DNA from: Phoronis australis
Taxonomy: Eukaryota > Animalia > Phoronida
Assembly (NCBI GenBank): GCA_002633005.1
Contig: NMRA01000008.1
Coordinates: 1,769,174-1,833,173, forward strand
Reading direction: 5' to 3'
DNA: 64,000 nucleotides
Part shown: positions 25,581-38,905 of the stretch, in pieces
Numbering within the stretch: the stretch's first letter is position 1
Layout of the letters: each line of letters begins with the position of its first letter
Made by a program: the position numbers and the translations under genes
Notes under the pieces: generated by a model
Database searches by the model: none
The model's input: only the letters and a program-made list of their open reading frames with translations
What the model was told of the DNA's origin: nothing

Positions 25581-27909
25581 ATAAACTGTATTTACTGAAA
25601 AATTACATATCTGTCGGTTCCTCACTCTCTCCTAAAAGAGCTTGAATCTGCCATTCACTGAAGAGCAGACGAGACGATTACGCTATGCTGGGAACGGCAT
25701 TTATGCCTACTGACTTACAATAAAACACAGACAAACTGACAAACGCACCAGGGCCCAGGGTCTATTCTTTGTACTTGAAATCGATCTTAAATTTATATTC
25801 GACATTTAACGTTCTGCGCATGTGCAAATTCCAGATAAGCGGATATTATTCCTTCCTCGGATGCCTTATGGTTCACGTTAATGACTGTCTTATCGAATTT
25901 TGCAGTTGGTGATCCGAGCACATAAATTACAATTTCGAGTACGATCTCGAAATTTCATGTGAAATCTCGAGTTTAACTTAAGTTTGAATCTGGGAGTCGT
26001 CAAATGCAAACGTGGACTACACAGCCATCTGCGTGAGTCGTAACATTACAGTAGTACACACGAAAGTAGAATGGAAATGAGAAATAATAATTTCGGGCCC
26101 AGAGGTGACTTCAATTTTTGGAAATACTTATATTTCGCTTGAATGGGATACCTTCGGGACAGTACCAAGGAAGTTCTTAAAGTTATCTCAAACCTTATTA
26201 CTTTACTGTTAAATGTATTTTAATACTATTAAAATAGTTAACCAGGACAATTACACCTATAAATCCTTGATGACCAGAGGTTTGAGATCACATAATTACT
26301 TTTTTTTGTAAAACCCGTGATTTCTCAGAGAGATCGGCAAATTTTCCACAAAACATTTTGTTCACACCCTATAAAAGAGTTTTGTTTCTTTATTCCATTA
26401 GCTACAAAATCGTATTTAGAATTTTTTAACCCAAGCTCTCTATTGTCAAAAACCAAAACTTGAATCCGTCAAAGAATGTTGACGCCTTCATTTTAGACAC
26501 CGAAATTCTAGAGCTAAAAGGCATTGAAAGAAAAACCCAGACAGTTTTGTAACTAACAAAATTAAGAAACAAAATTTGCTAGTTATAATGAAAAAAATTC
26601 TTTTTGTGAAAATATACTACGATCAAAGTGGAAAACGCAGTCATTTTCAACATGTGGGCATTGTTTTGTGCGCATAAAAAGATTCAGTGTTGAAAAAGGA
26701 TTTTAAAAGAATGTAGTTTCTGTGGGTGGACCGTAAATAAGAACCTAATTAGTAAACCCTGCAATCTCAAAAATTCGAATGAGCAACGAGAAACATGTCT
26801 GATAGTGACCTGGACTGAAAAGACTGTGAACCTACGTGTAATACTGACCCGAATGTTGCAAAGATGAAACACGTCTTACTGCTATTTGACACAGAAATGC
26901 GTGCAAATAGAAGGAGAAAATTAATTATCCTCGAAATGCCACTCAATATTTTTTCCAGCCACAGTCGAATTATAACCTACCCCCAATTTCATAAGAAAAT
27001 GGTGCCTGCTGGATTGGCTGGACACTTTGAGATTTAGTGCAAGTGTGGTGGCATGTATGATATTTGTTCATTTTGGACCTGTTTTGAAAAAAATCCAGGT
27101 TATTGCTCCCTTGACCTATTTTTTGTCAACCTTGGCTGCTAGTAAACACTCTACCAATTTCTAGGCAAGTCAAGTTTTGGCTGGAAGTTCAGGTAACGCT
27201 CAGACTTTTCAGGTGAAAGAAAATACATCCATTTGATTTCCAATTTTTGAAATTCGGAATCTTGTTGCATTCTGAGTGTGTTGTCTGCCGGTGCTTCGTA
27301 GTTGCATGCGAATCATGGTTTTAGGTTGAAAACTGCCCATTTTGTGTAGTTTTGCTCGTTTTGTGCCATCGCCAGCTAGGTTTGCTGTAGGTATAAAAAC
27401 AAAAAACGCACTTTGAATGCAAGTTGTTTAGACTATTAGGGAAGCTTTATGTATGGTCAGTAGCTGTATGTGTTTTACATTTTGTGGTTTTGTTGTAGAA
27501 AAGAAAATACTGCTTTCCCTCAGTTCACCCTGCCTGAGGAAACCAAAATGAGGAAAAATTGTTATTCGCCAGCTAAGATAAGGAGTTGCGTAACGTTATA
27601 CATGGCTGGCAGCAACTGCCTTTATTGGTTAAAAGTAGGATATAAGAATTTTCAATCGGTTGTGAGAGAGACTCGTTCCTTCAGTTGTGAACAGCTGATT
27701 CTGTCAGGCTTGGAGAATAGCCAATGGCCATTACACCGTGACGCAATTCATTGTCGTGAGAACGTTATTGGATAATAAACATAAACGTAATAAAACAATG
27801 TAATGACGTTCAAGTTTTATTGTCCAAAATTAAAAGGGATTCACCGCTAGGACAAGTTGACTAGTTGCGAGTATAAAGTAGTTGGCAAACGAGGAAAATC
27901 ACACGTTTA

Positions 27910-30900
27910 ATGAAGCTACATCTTACGAGAGAGCTCTCGTTGTCTAAAAAGAGTTCGTGCCGTGCTGTGATGGCCAGCACGTCGACAGAAAACGGCGATA
28001 CGCCAAATTCCCACACATTAGGGGAGCCCGATATGATGAAACCGGGGGTTATCTCCACACCTTCTGAGGCCCAGAGGAGCGCGGATGTTGGCAAAGGAAG
28101 TGAAGAGATAAATAATTATTTGAAAAAAATTAAAGATTTGACGGATGAAAATCGCAAGATGAAATCCGAAATGGAGATGATTCAGAAAGACCGGGACGCA
28201 AAGAAACGTCAAGTTAGAGCTTGGCGTAACAAGTCCCGTAAGTGTGTAAATTATTGCACCATCTGATTGCACCAGACGTTCACCAGGCCATTTGTTATAA
28301 TTGTCACTAGTCACGTCGATAACTGCTACTTATAACGTAACTGAAAAGAGGCATAACGATCTAAGTCATCACAGACAAATAATTTGTTTTGATAGTTACA
28401 TTACTAACGTCCGTTAATTTGTTTACACTTTTAGAAAACTTACGGGACAAGCTCGACGAATGTAAAAAGGATATGGACCTGATGCATAAACGTTCACTTG
28501 AAAATTATGGTAAGTAGCATGCAACGAGTGGGCTGCGAAGTACTAGTACAAGGTATTAATCAAGTGACTTAAATGTGCATTGCTCATTGGCGGACATTGG
28601 TGTATGTTGTTCTCTTGAAGATATAAAAACAACAGGGATTTGTTTCAGTTTGTCTATAATCTCGAAAGATAATCTTCGGTTAAATGTTTTTAACCAATTT
28701 CACGTGCTCTTCTATACTCCTATAGATGAAGTCGTAGCTAAATACGAAGACGAACAACAAAAAGTTCAAGGACTGAAAATGACCCTGGCGTTGACGCAAG
28801 AAAGGTTAGAGGAGCAGACGACAGTTATTGAGCAAATGCGCACAGGTATCTGATTTTTGGTTACTATGTTTAATCTGTGAGTGCGTAACTATGGTGAGTC
28901 ATCGAATCGCAGCGACGAACACTTAATACATCCGCACGTTAGTGATTCTAATCAAGTCGAAATTTCGACCTAAGATTCTAGTCAAGTCGAAATTTCGACA
29001 TACAATCTATCTTGAATATACGCTATAGTAAAAAGTGCACTTTCATAAAATGTGATGTTCCTTTGTTTTTTTTTCAGCACGTGTTTCTTCGTTTTGCACA
29101 TTTTAAATAATTTCGAATAAATTAAGACCTCATCTGAACCATACATCAATAGATTTTTCTGTTTTTGCACGAACAAGGCGTAGCAAAATACGACCTCATG
29201 CTGGACTTTATAACTGTCTCTCCAAATACACGATACTACAAAAATGCAAGTTGCTGGATGCAAACCTTCTAATCCCAAACACGTTTCGCTGTATTTGTGT
29301 AGCTTAGACAAAAACTCCCCAATCCATTTTCCTAGCGTGTAAATTTCTGTTCGCAGGTCATGACGCTAAATCCGAAAAGCGCGAGCTTCAGGTGGCGCTG
29401 GCGACGATGACTCGTGAAAAGCAAAATGAGCTGATTACAAGAGAAGAGATAACGCGAACAGGTACTTCAGTGATTTACGCGTCTCATTAAGATGCATAAT
29501 GGTGTGTCGCACTTCATTATTCCACGACAAAAATGAATGGCGAAATCATAGTCTATTACAAAAGACGTTTGCTCAAGAGCGGTGATAATATATGTGAATC
29601 TGTATGTTTGGAAATTTTGTCGACTTCAAAAAAATGTTACTCCTGTGGTAGTTGCTGGCGGAAAAAACATTGAAGTAGCTTTGCGTCAAATTATGAATAG
29701 ATTCTGTTGCTTTTGATCGAAGTGTGTTTAACTTGGGAAATAAAATGATTAAAAACGAGATGTTTCCTTGCAGGAGAACTCGGGTCGCAAACAAGTGTCA
29801 ACAACAAATTCACTGGAGACATTAAAACTGTTCTAGCCGAAGAAAAAGGCCAGTGTCGAGCTGTAGATGCCACAGACGATGCGAATACTAAACGTCTACA
29901 ACAAACAAATGGCTTCCACTTAGCTTTGAGAAAGAACATGGAGAGAGTTGGCAAGATGAACGATCACTTAACTACCCTCACCCAGTCAGTTGAAGAACTG
30001 ATACCCGAGTTGTTCTCAATGTCCAAGAAGTGCGAAGTTCAGCAACACCTCATTGCTGTGCTAGTAGCGAAAAATGCTGCCTTAGAAGCGGAGATGTCAT
30101 ATCTTGCTTTCGAAAATGTTGCAGATGAAAACAGCAGTAAGTTCATGTTAGGAGCCACCATTATTTGGGCGTTATGTAGAGAGATGGAAGTCAAGAAATC
30201 AAACGGTGTGATTCACCGCATGAACCAACAGCTGGGACGGTTGCAACAAAATCAAATAGAGCTTGAGAAGGAAAATCAAGAAAAAGGTTACGTCATTGAG
30301 ACGCTCCAAAGGTGTCAGTTTGAAACGAAGAAGCTCAAGCCTAATACCACCATAAGAGAGGGGGCCTTAAGTGAAAGGTGTGAGAAAATAAATCACCTGG
30401 TCAATGAATTAACTGAGTACAAGCGCCACGCGAATGACTTACGTGAAGAACTTGAATTGCGCTCTCGAGAAATTAAGGAACTAAGTCAGAGCCAGCGCGT
30501 ACAAAATGTGCAGATAGAGAAACATGTGAGAGACATTATGGGCCTGAAAGAGGACAATTGTCAACTGAAGTCCCAGATGGAGACTCTTCAGGAGCATAGT
30601 GAAGGACTGGATCGCCAAGTTGGAATTTGGCGAGAGACGGCCAGTAAGTTTCACAAGAAAATGTTCAGTGTTTATGGCATAGGCTAATGTATTTTGCAAC
30701 GAATATCACACAATGTCAATACAAATACGTAAACCCTGAGCACATAAAACAACACGAAATTGACGTAGTATGAGCATCGTCAGAACACACAAAATTTGGG
30801 AGAGATTTGAAAACTTGCTATGGGAAAGCGTGTTATTGCACACAAGTGCTACAACGTATAAAATGGTTTAAAATTCGATCCGTTAGTCATTCCGATGATT

Positions 30901-31502
30901 CATTCTATACTTTATCAGACAGAAGTGTGACACTTAAAGCTTTATTTCAGGAGACTTCCAGCTCAAACTTGAAAGAACCAGAATTGATATGAAGGCCATG
31001 CATAAAACACCCCCACATCGTCCTTCAGGAAGCATGGCACGCCGAAACCACGGTAGGTAAACGTCACAAGTTTTTGAAGTTTAAAATACTGCTACACGCA
31101 CAAGCATATCTCTGAACATTCCAACTGCGTCGGCTTGACTCGCAGGGTCCAATTATTTCTTTTTAGTCAGTTTAGCCAATTTTTCACTGACTTCTTATAT
31201 CTTTGCTAGTCATATGAATGTCATCGTCTTGTTCACATTCGTCACCTTCATCATCATCTCCATCATCGTCGTCATCATCTCCATCGTCTTTTCGTGAATT
31301 TCGCCAAGTGTCGCTCCTCCCAGCGCTCTCGTTTTCCTTTTTAGTCAGTTTTGTAACTTCATGATTCCCCGAGTTTTAATTCATGGTGTCATTTATTGAG
31401 ATGTGCACGTAAAATGAATGAAATCCTTTCTTTCCAGGGGAAGTGCCAACTGCCATTGAAGGTGCTGCATCAACTAAGCCGGGCCAAGTCCTCATTTCGT
31501 GA
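27910..31502 (+). CDS. Uncharacterised coiled-coil protein, 7 exons, ~554 aa (start could instead be ATG 27970)
   Basis: Exons 27910-28237, 28435-28509, 28726-28845, 29357-29461, 29774-30643, 30951-31052 and 31438-31502, all joined by phase-1 GT-AG introns with an open frame (1665 nt). E/K/Q/L-rich heptads. TATAAA near 27872. Confidence 0.75.
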
Positions 31503-32057
31503 CGTTCGGCGGCTTGAGAGCACACACGCAGCCTTAGTGCAAGAGAGAATTTGTGTTTTATGACTTTCTATTATTTCTTGTTATCATACAGACATTTACT
31601 TGGTTTGTCCAATAAATGTTTAAATATTATTACGATTCCATGTCAACATACCATTCAAAATATCTCATCGAAAAGCAAGATGGATGCCCTCAACTGGACG
31701 AAGCAGTCAACGTTTGTTCACGCACGATTTGAACCATTATTTATGATCGACATATGTCCCGAATAAAACATAAGTGTTTTAAAATTGCGTTGGAGATGAA
31801 AAGGAGACCGGGGTAAGCAATATAAGGTCATTTATTATTACGAAATACAATTTCAAGGAATACAATAGAGAATGCAAAATACGTGAGTAAAATAAATGAT
31901 CTCTGGTAAGATGGGCAATAAAAAGCGCTTCAAAAGGTGTTGTGAGGTAGTTCTTCATTCTCTGGTTTACGCTGGAAATATATACGCATTTCACAAGCCG
32001 GCTAAAATGCCGCATCTGAGGGACACGAACTAGACAAAATGAGAAGAGTTAACACTC

Positions 32058-32452
32058 CCGTTTAGACATCAACTTTTGGCCCGGCGCAACTGACACGGAA
32101 CAAATTGACCTGTCAAGCGGCCGTTTACACACACAACTCGCTAACCGTGGCAAGACGGAAATTAAAGGCTGGAGAGACTGAATCGCACATGCGCAGGTTT
32201 ACAAATGACGAGAGTTGCAGACAAAGAACCTGTACGCACAGTAGAGATGATCCTTTCCGCCTTGCTCCAGTTTCGCGTTTAGACTTATAATTGACAAGGC
32301 GCAAGATGTTCGGGCGCAAATTGCTCTACCTCACAAACGGGTGGCAAAAATTTGTCACCGCGGGGTCAATTTGCTCCGTGTCAGTCCGTTTACACACTGA
32401 AACAACTTGTTCCGTGTCAGCTGATCCGTGTCAACTTTTTAAGTGTAAACGA
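32058..32452. mobile_element. MITE with internal inverted repeats (PIF/Harbinger-like ends)
   Basis: ccgtttagac/ccgtttacac ... gtgtaaacg ends. tgacacggaacaaattgacc is inverted relative to ggtcaatttgctccgtgtca. Confidence 0.6.
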
Positions 32453-33539
32453 CATTAATGGTTACGTCACAATACAAACTTGAATGCAACTGCGTGTGGT
32501 TGAACTTTAGATAATACACATACTCTGCAGTTTTACTTAACATGTTTACTTAGTCTAATGTATAGGCGCATGGTGGATTTTTAAAAGCACTTTAACATAT
32601 ACTATACACCAAAGTACACAAATTTTAAGTTGCATTGTACGTGTAAATTGTGCACAGGCTGCTAAAAACTGCTTTTCCAGGAGCTTTGAATATAATCTCT
32701 ATAAGCAAACCTGGTTCTAACAAAAAAATAAAAAATCACCTCATTGTCAGTAGAGCAAAATATACAAAATTAGTGTGCGTCTTTTACATTTTCTTCTAAA
32801 TCAAGGATAGATATTCTTTAAAGAGCATTTACTTTCACTAAACTTTCCCAGCTACAATCCGGTCATTGGCCATCAAAACGTAACCTTTGAATAGATCATT
32901 TTTTTAGAGGAGCAATGATACATGTAGTTCAACCCATATACCAAAGCACAATCATCATAACAAGCCAGCTTATCGAACATGTTATCAAGCAAGTTAAAAC
33001 TAGATTATAATGATAAACATCAGAAATGAAAAGTTGAGAAATCGAAATCTTTCAAGTGGCCTCGTTTTCGAAATTTACACCACACTCTAATGCCAAGAGA
33101 TTCTGGGTTCATTGTTAGGTCGTTCCAACACCACGCACCTCGGGAAGGAACGATTGGTAGGCTAGGCCTACACAATCAACGTTTGGCATTACATTGAGCA
33201 TCATTCTATCACAATATTTTCTTCCAATGGTTGGCTGATTTAAAATGCCACGTCCAAGGACACAAAAATGCAAATGTGTCAATCGCTCCCAATGTTATCG
33301 TTGCGCCTAGAGCCAGACGTGAGTTTCATAGACACAAGAGCCTTGCAAAAACACAAGATCACGCAATACTTCAGAAATATCGCCATGTAATGCTTCCAAG
33401 CGAAGCATGTGATCATGCTAACAGCCTTTGCGAGATTCTTGCCTCTAGGGAACTCAGTTACGTAGCCGTGCGGTACTACTTTCTTAACGATCTGTCCGTT
33501 GTTCATGCGTAGTGGTGAGCGCTGGCTCGTTTTGAGAGC

Positions 33540-35830
33540 GGTTTTTCGACACATGCCAAGTTTGGGTGAAACGCCCGTGTCTGTTAAGGATATCTGAAAC
33601 CTTCTTTACAAAACTGGCCATTTTTACAACATTCCACACATGTCATGTTTAGCAAAATACCTTATCTTCGGGGAACTTCAAATACGAAATATATACCGTG
33701 TATCGAGAAAAATGATTTAGCAAAACCACTTTGGAAACGCGCAACCGCCAGAAATTTGTTCACTACTTATCCGAGGTCAAAGGTTACAGGGCTGTCACTC
33801 AAATCATGCACAGAGCAGCTCCGCACGCAGCCACTAAAATACGGAGGCCGCCATTACGTAATCACGTGACCTCGCGACGCAGGTGCTGAAACAGTGCAGT
33901 TCAGCACCAGAGATAACGTTGAGTTGAAGCATATTTGAACCATTCAAATCATGACAGCGTCGCAGTTTACTTCATTACCAAGATCACTGGCTCTGTTTAC
34001 AAAACTAATTCAAATTGGCAAGATTTTGTCTGCTTCAGGCTTGTGATTAGAAGACGAGCAGAGTCGCCGACAGCAGACAATGTAATGCAAAGAACTTACC
34101 TGCATGTACTCCTGATTCCCAAAGTACGCACAAACATAATGAGAAAAACAAACCGTGTCTCCTTCTACTACTCTTGAATAACCGCAATAGATGGCGATAA
34201 CGTATACTGTATAATTATTTTTTACTGCGCGATATTCAAACTTAACACTAACAACCGACGTCATGATGATAAAACTTTTTTAAATTTTATCTGGAGACAT
34301 ACTTCATGAAACGATACCCAAAACGTTCATTTTTCTTTTAATAATACATATGCGTGGGAAAGTATCGCCACCATGCCCCCAGGTACGATATCAGCTCGCC
34401 GACTTAAAATCGCCACTTTCATATAACAAGAATTCATGTAAATCAATATTAAAAGCGATTTGAACCACTTCGCATTGTTGTAAGAGCAGGAATTACTTAT
34501 ACATTTTTAGTTTGTGATTCTACTTGATTGTGGCTAAATCAGTTTTATCAGGAAGAGATAAGTTATCTCTTCCTGGTTTCATCAATATTTGAGAAATGTC
34601 AACATCTTATTCTAAACAAAAAATACATTTGACCCACCTTTATTCAATCACAGAAAATTGCTAAAATTTATTGTGATATTTTCTGTTTATTTTACGTAAC
34701 CATTATATCCGTCTTATAGGGTTGTCAAAACATCTTCAGAACGGCGGCAAACACGGGTAATCTTGACGTTTTTTCTCCACGTTCACTGCAAATTGATTGC
34801 TTCCAAACGTGCAGCTTCTTCAGGTTGCTGTGACAACCTATTACGACGTGCTGTCTTCTACCACTTTTTGTACGACATAGTTTTTCAGTTCTTTTCACGC
34901 TTTCACCACACCGCCGCACACCTCCGTTTTCGGCACCCTAAGGCCGAACGATTGTGGCGACACCGTTGGTCCAGGGGAGCTAACTCTTCGGGATCGCTTG
35001 CGGAGAAAGGTTTATAGTACCCTCAGTCGTTTCATTCACTGAGTCCCTGATGAGTCAAGGAGATGTACATATGATAGAAAGATGTCGGGGTAAAACGAAG
35101 ACAAAACGCAGTTTTGATCCTGAGTGATGCGTCAGTATGCATACTACTGTTGACAACGAATGCTCCAAGTCGCCTCAGGCTTTTGTGACTTTGTGTCCAC
35201 GAACACAGCAAGTTGTGAAAAGAGATAATTCATCACCCAATTGATTGATAGATAATTGGACACTTCGCTGCTTCGATCTCATGCTCATGACAACGTGCTT
35301 TAACCACCGACTCGATTTCTGTTATCCATTTCGTGCTTTGGTTTCATCAAAGATATTGGTTTCATATTAGTCTACCTGTGCGTGGTGTGTGCATCAGTGA
35401 ACTCTTGACCTACTTTTAATTAGCTCAAGAGTTAATCTACTTTTAATTAGGTCAACAGTTGATCCCCCCGTCTGACTAGAGACGGCCACAAAATTAACGA
35501 TTTAGCAATAATTCAGTTAATTACGCCCTGTAAATTCAGTTGACATTGCAAGTGAATGTTGAAATAGCGAACGTTGTTAAGCCATGTATAGGTTACATTG
35601 ACCGAAAACAAGTTTCCACCGAAAATATAACCGAGGACCTTGGGATTTGCACGTGGTCCAACATAACTGGCTTTTTCTCGGCAAACCTACTTAATTTGAA
35701 CTTAGGAACACAATTTCTCAAAAAACGGCTCGGTGGATTTCACTGGAACTTTCCCACAGCTTAGTGATCATGTTACGTTTAGAATTAATTGAAAGCTACC
35801 TTTATGCAAGGAAAATACAAAAAATGTGAA
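33540..35830. mobile_element. Degenerate DNA transposon with THAP-like relic; internally deleted relative at ~53590-54520
   Basis: 33700-33810 matches 53605-53710 (tacttatccgaggtcaaaggttac). 35150-35770 matches 53880-54500 (gaacacagcaag, ttgaccgaaaacaagttt). The minus frame near 34725-34860 reads VIGCHSNLKKLHVWKQSICSE, resembling a THAP-type N-terminus. Confidence 0.6.
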
Positions 35831-38289
35831 GTTCACCAGAAGGTCGGCCTGATTTAAATGTCTTAATGGTACAATTATATGCGGCCAATTCCGTGCATTA
35901 ACTTGTTTTATACACAGCCCTAGACTTACCGCAGCTAACTACTTGCCTAGGACAAGATGAGTGTGCACCTGAGCCATTTAAATGATTTTTTAATTAAAAT
36001 ATTTCGTTCGATGATTAGAAAAGCATAAACAGTGCTATGGACTCGACCTACTTTAATCAACGAATCTCATCTTGTGACTTAGTATCATTTTCCAAAATCG
36101 CCGAAATTATTTGCGTTCGACGAGTATTCTCGGACAATCCTAAATTGAACTAAAAACCAGTAGGGTGGGGTTTTTATCATTTTTTTGTCAGCCGTGGAAC
36201 GGTAATGGGAGGAGTCGTCGCCCCCCAAAACATGATGAAGCTGTGCTGCGTGCTAGTCTTGGACGCTGCGGTGACTTTTCAAAAGCGGGAGTGGCTCCAT
36301 TTGAGTCACTACAGTGTATACTAGTTGCAACTCGTGACGCTTCACGTTTCAAAAAGCATTCCTACCAGGTGTCGACGGAGGGAACTGACGGTATGCCATA
36401 CGTCTTCAGAACATGTTTTGCAGTTACCCCATAATCTCTGCGTGCATGACCCTTTCGTAATTCAACGGTAAGAATTGTTTGGCGCACACAGGATAGTTTT
36501 GCACCGCTATAGCCGTGCAGTGGCAATACTGCATTCTTGACACGAACGTGTCAACTCCGATAAATCTTGTCAACCACTGGAAACTGATGAAACGGAAAAT
36601 CTGTACTCTTCGAGAGCTCATGGTAAATCCCAGTAGGTAACAATTTGCATGCACATTGCATAAGATTTAGTAAAGGAAAATAACAGTCTAAACTGTTACA
36701 AAGTGACGTCCACTGAGTGACACATACGATGTCAAACAGTGATCGAAGTGCAGTGCAAACGAAACCCTGGGAATTATTTGGGCCACGAATAATGGAAAAT
36801 TAATTAGACCCCGGTTAAAAATTTATCAAGGATCATCAGGAAATCGTAATCACTAAAACCGGTTGCCCTCCTGATTTTATCTTCTCTGTGGGAAAATAAA
36901 GATTACAAAAATTAGCAGTAGCTCGTAATCGAGTCCATTAACTCCGCTGTGCAACTAACTGCCTAACGCCCAACCGCTGAGCCAAACACCACGCGTTAAT
37001 TAACAAAGTATTTTAAGCGTATTCAATTGGTGAAAACACAGGTCTTGATTTTGGCGAATGTATGGCAGGCAACGGCGAGAATTGGCGATTTGCAAAAAAA
37101 AATCTCAAAAACCCTCGTGGTTGTTGTTGTTTGATAGCTCTGGTCAAACCTTATAACTTCAAAAAGTCTTCTCTATTCAACAATAGCCCCAAGTTGCATT
37201 TTTCGGCCATAAAATCAATAGTGTCCCTTTGTAGGTTGAAAATTGTTTCGAAAGGGTGAAAATGGTATTAACTGGTGGAAATGGATCCGGAACCACTCGA
37301 CCTGTTGTGGCCATTCCAGCACAAATGAGAAAAAACGAAATTAATGGTGAAATTGGATTTATCGGATGAAAATGGAAATAAAAGGTGGAAAATAGAACAC
37401 AGCGGACATAATGGGTTAAAATGGACACAGTGCACAGCACGCATGTGCGCCACGCGCGTGAGCACCCACTGACACGTGACAGCTGCACTTGCTTAGTAAC
37501 GGACGTTTGTAGACAATAGCGTAGGCATAGGAAGCAGGCGGGCACCCCGCCCCTACCAGTCGTGAAGTTGGGGCAGCTTTATTACCGTCAATGTCAACAT
37601 GAGTTGTGACCCAGTTGACGTGAATAGTTCTCTCTGCTCCTTGACTGTCTCAGAGTACAACCTTTTTGTTAACAAAGATTGTCCCATGCTCTTTAGTCAG
37701 TTGAGCAGCCTGATGGAAAGCGACAATTCAAACTTCAAAAAGGTTGCAGTTCTGCTTGTCTAGAACTCGAGCTATCAAAGAATAAAACGAATTTAAAACA
37801 AAAGCCAAGTTCGAAGCCTCGTCTTGATTCTATATTAGGGCTGTCCAAGCGCACGTGCTGTAGTCCTAGTTTCCTGCAATGGCTTTCAATTAAATGGGAA
37901 AAAACACTTTAAGTACCAAAACAATCTAACACATTGGGGAAGTTTGGAAGACTGGTAGTAAATTTAATTCCTCATTTCTGGAATTTTTGTTAAATTAAAA
38001 AAATTGCGAACATAAGACCATAACAGTTTGTAACGGTGGAGAGAAATCATACCTGTTACAAAATTATTCATGAGACATAAACTTTCCTTCTGAATCAAGT
38101 AAATCGTAAATTAAAGTAATACCTTTTTATTACCGCCATTTATAAAAGACTACTGTTTTTTTGTAGTAATATTGGTATTATACCAAATTGGCTGCTATTG
38201 AAAACCCTCGATCTTAATTACAAATGTATCCTAAAATTGAGCAAAATAATCAGACGCTTCATTCTTCAAAATATATTAGTAATTAACTT

Positions 38290-38905
38290 AGAGCATTGGT
38301 CGTAAAGTGCACCCCCAACGGAAGAGTCCAAAGCCTCCTAGTGAAAAGTTTTGGATCATTTCAATTCTCATCATTTTATCAATTTTGCCGTTCCAAACAA
38401 ACTCAAAAAACTTGTTCAAGACTTTTAATCATTTGTCTGGGAGGCGATGGCAAAGCAAAAAATAACTGAACCAATTTAAATAGTAAGAGACATTTAATCG
38501 TCGTAATTCTGCCAAGGGAGGTTAATGGTCTTCAGGACCAGGTCAGTATTTGTCTTTCAATTTCCTTAATAGTCCTCCTCATTAAAGTTCAATTTGGCAA
38601 TTTCAGAAAGATCAACGCTAACGGTAATACCCAAGAAGGTAAAGTGTGACGCTATCCAAGAAAGATTAATATTTGAACAAAGACGAAAATTGCTGGCGCT
38701 AATCCACACACAGTGTGTCTTTCCCATACTTGATGTAAGTACTGAGAATTTATGAAATTGGTGCAAAAGATCAAGCGAGTGCCCTTTTTAGCGACTCGTT
38801 TGAGCCGTCGTCTGAATATTGTAAAAATTTGAGTTCTTTGTAACCAATTTTAACACCCTTAGTATTAACATTCCTAAACATAACACACATTATCTCCACA
38901 CAAGC
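38290..38905 (-). mobile_element. Degenerate L1/Tx1-type LINE RT fragment
   Basis: Minus translation fragments such as FTFLGITVSVDLSEIAKLNF. The sequence parallels the element at 54750-56600 and is heavily disrupted. Confidence 0.65.

Noticed and set aside
31185-31370. Antisense acidic reading frame (KDDGDDDDDGDDDEGDECEQDDD) in the last intron of the coiled-coil gene
   Set aside because: No ATG or clear acceptor in frame, and a stop lies just upstream. A degenerate (CAT)n microsatellite explains it.
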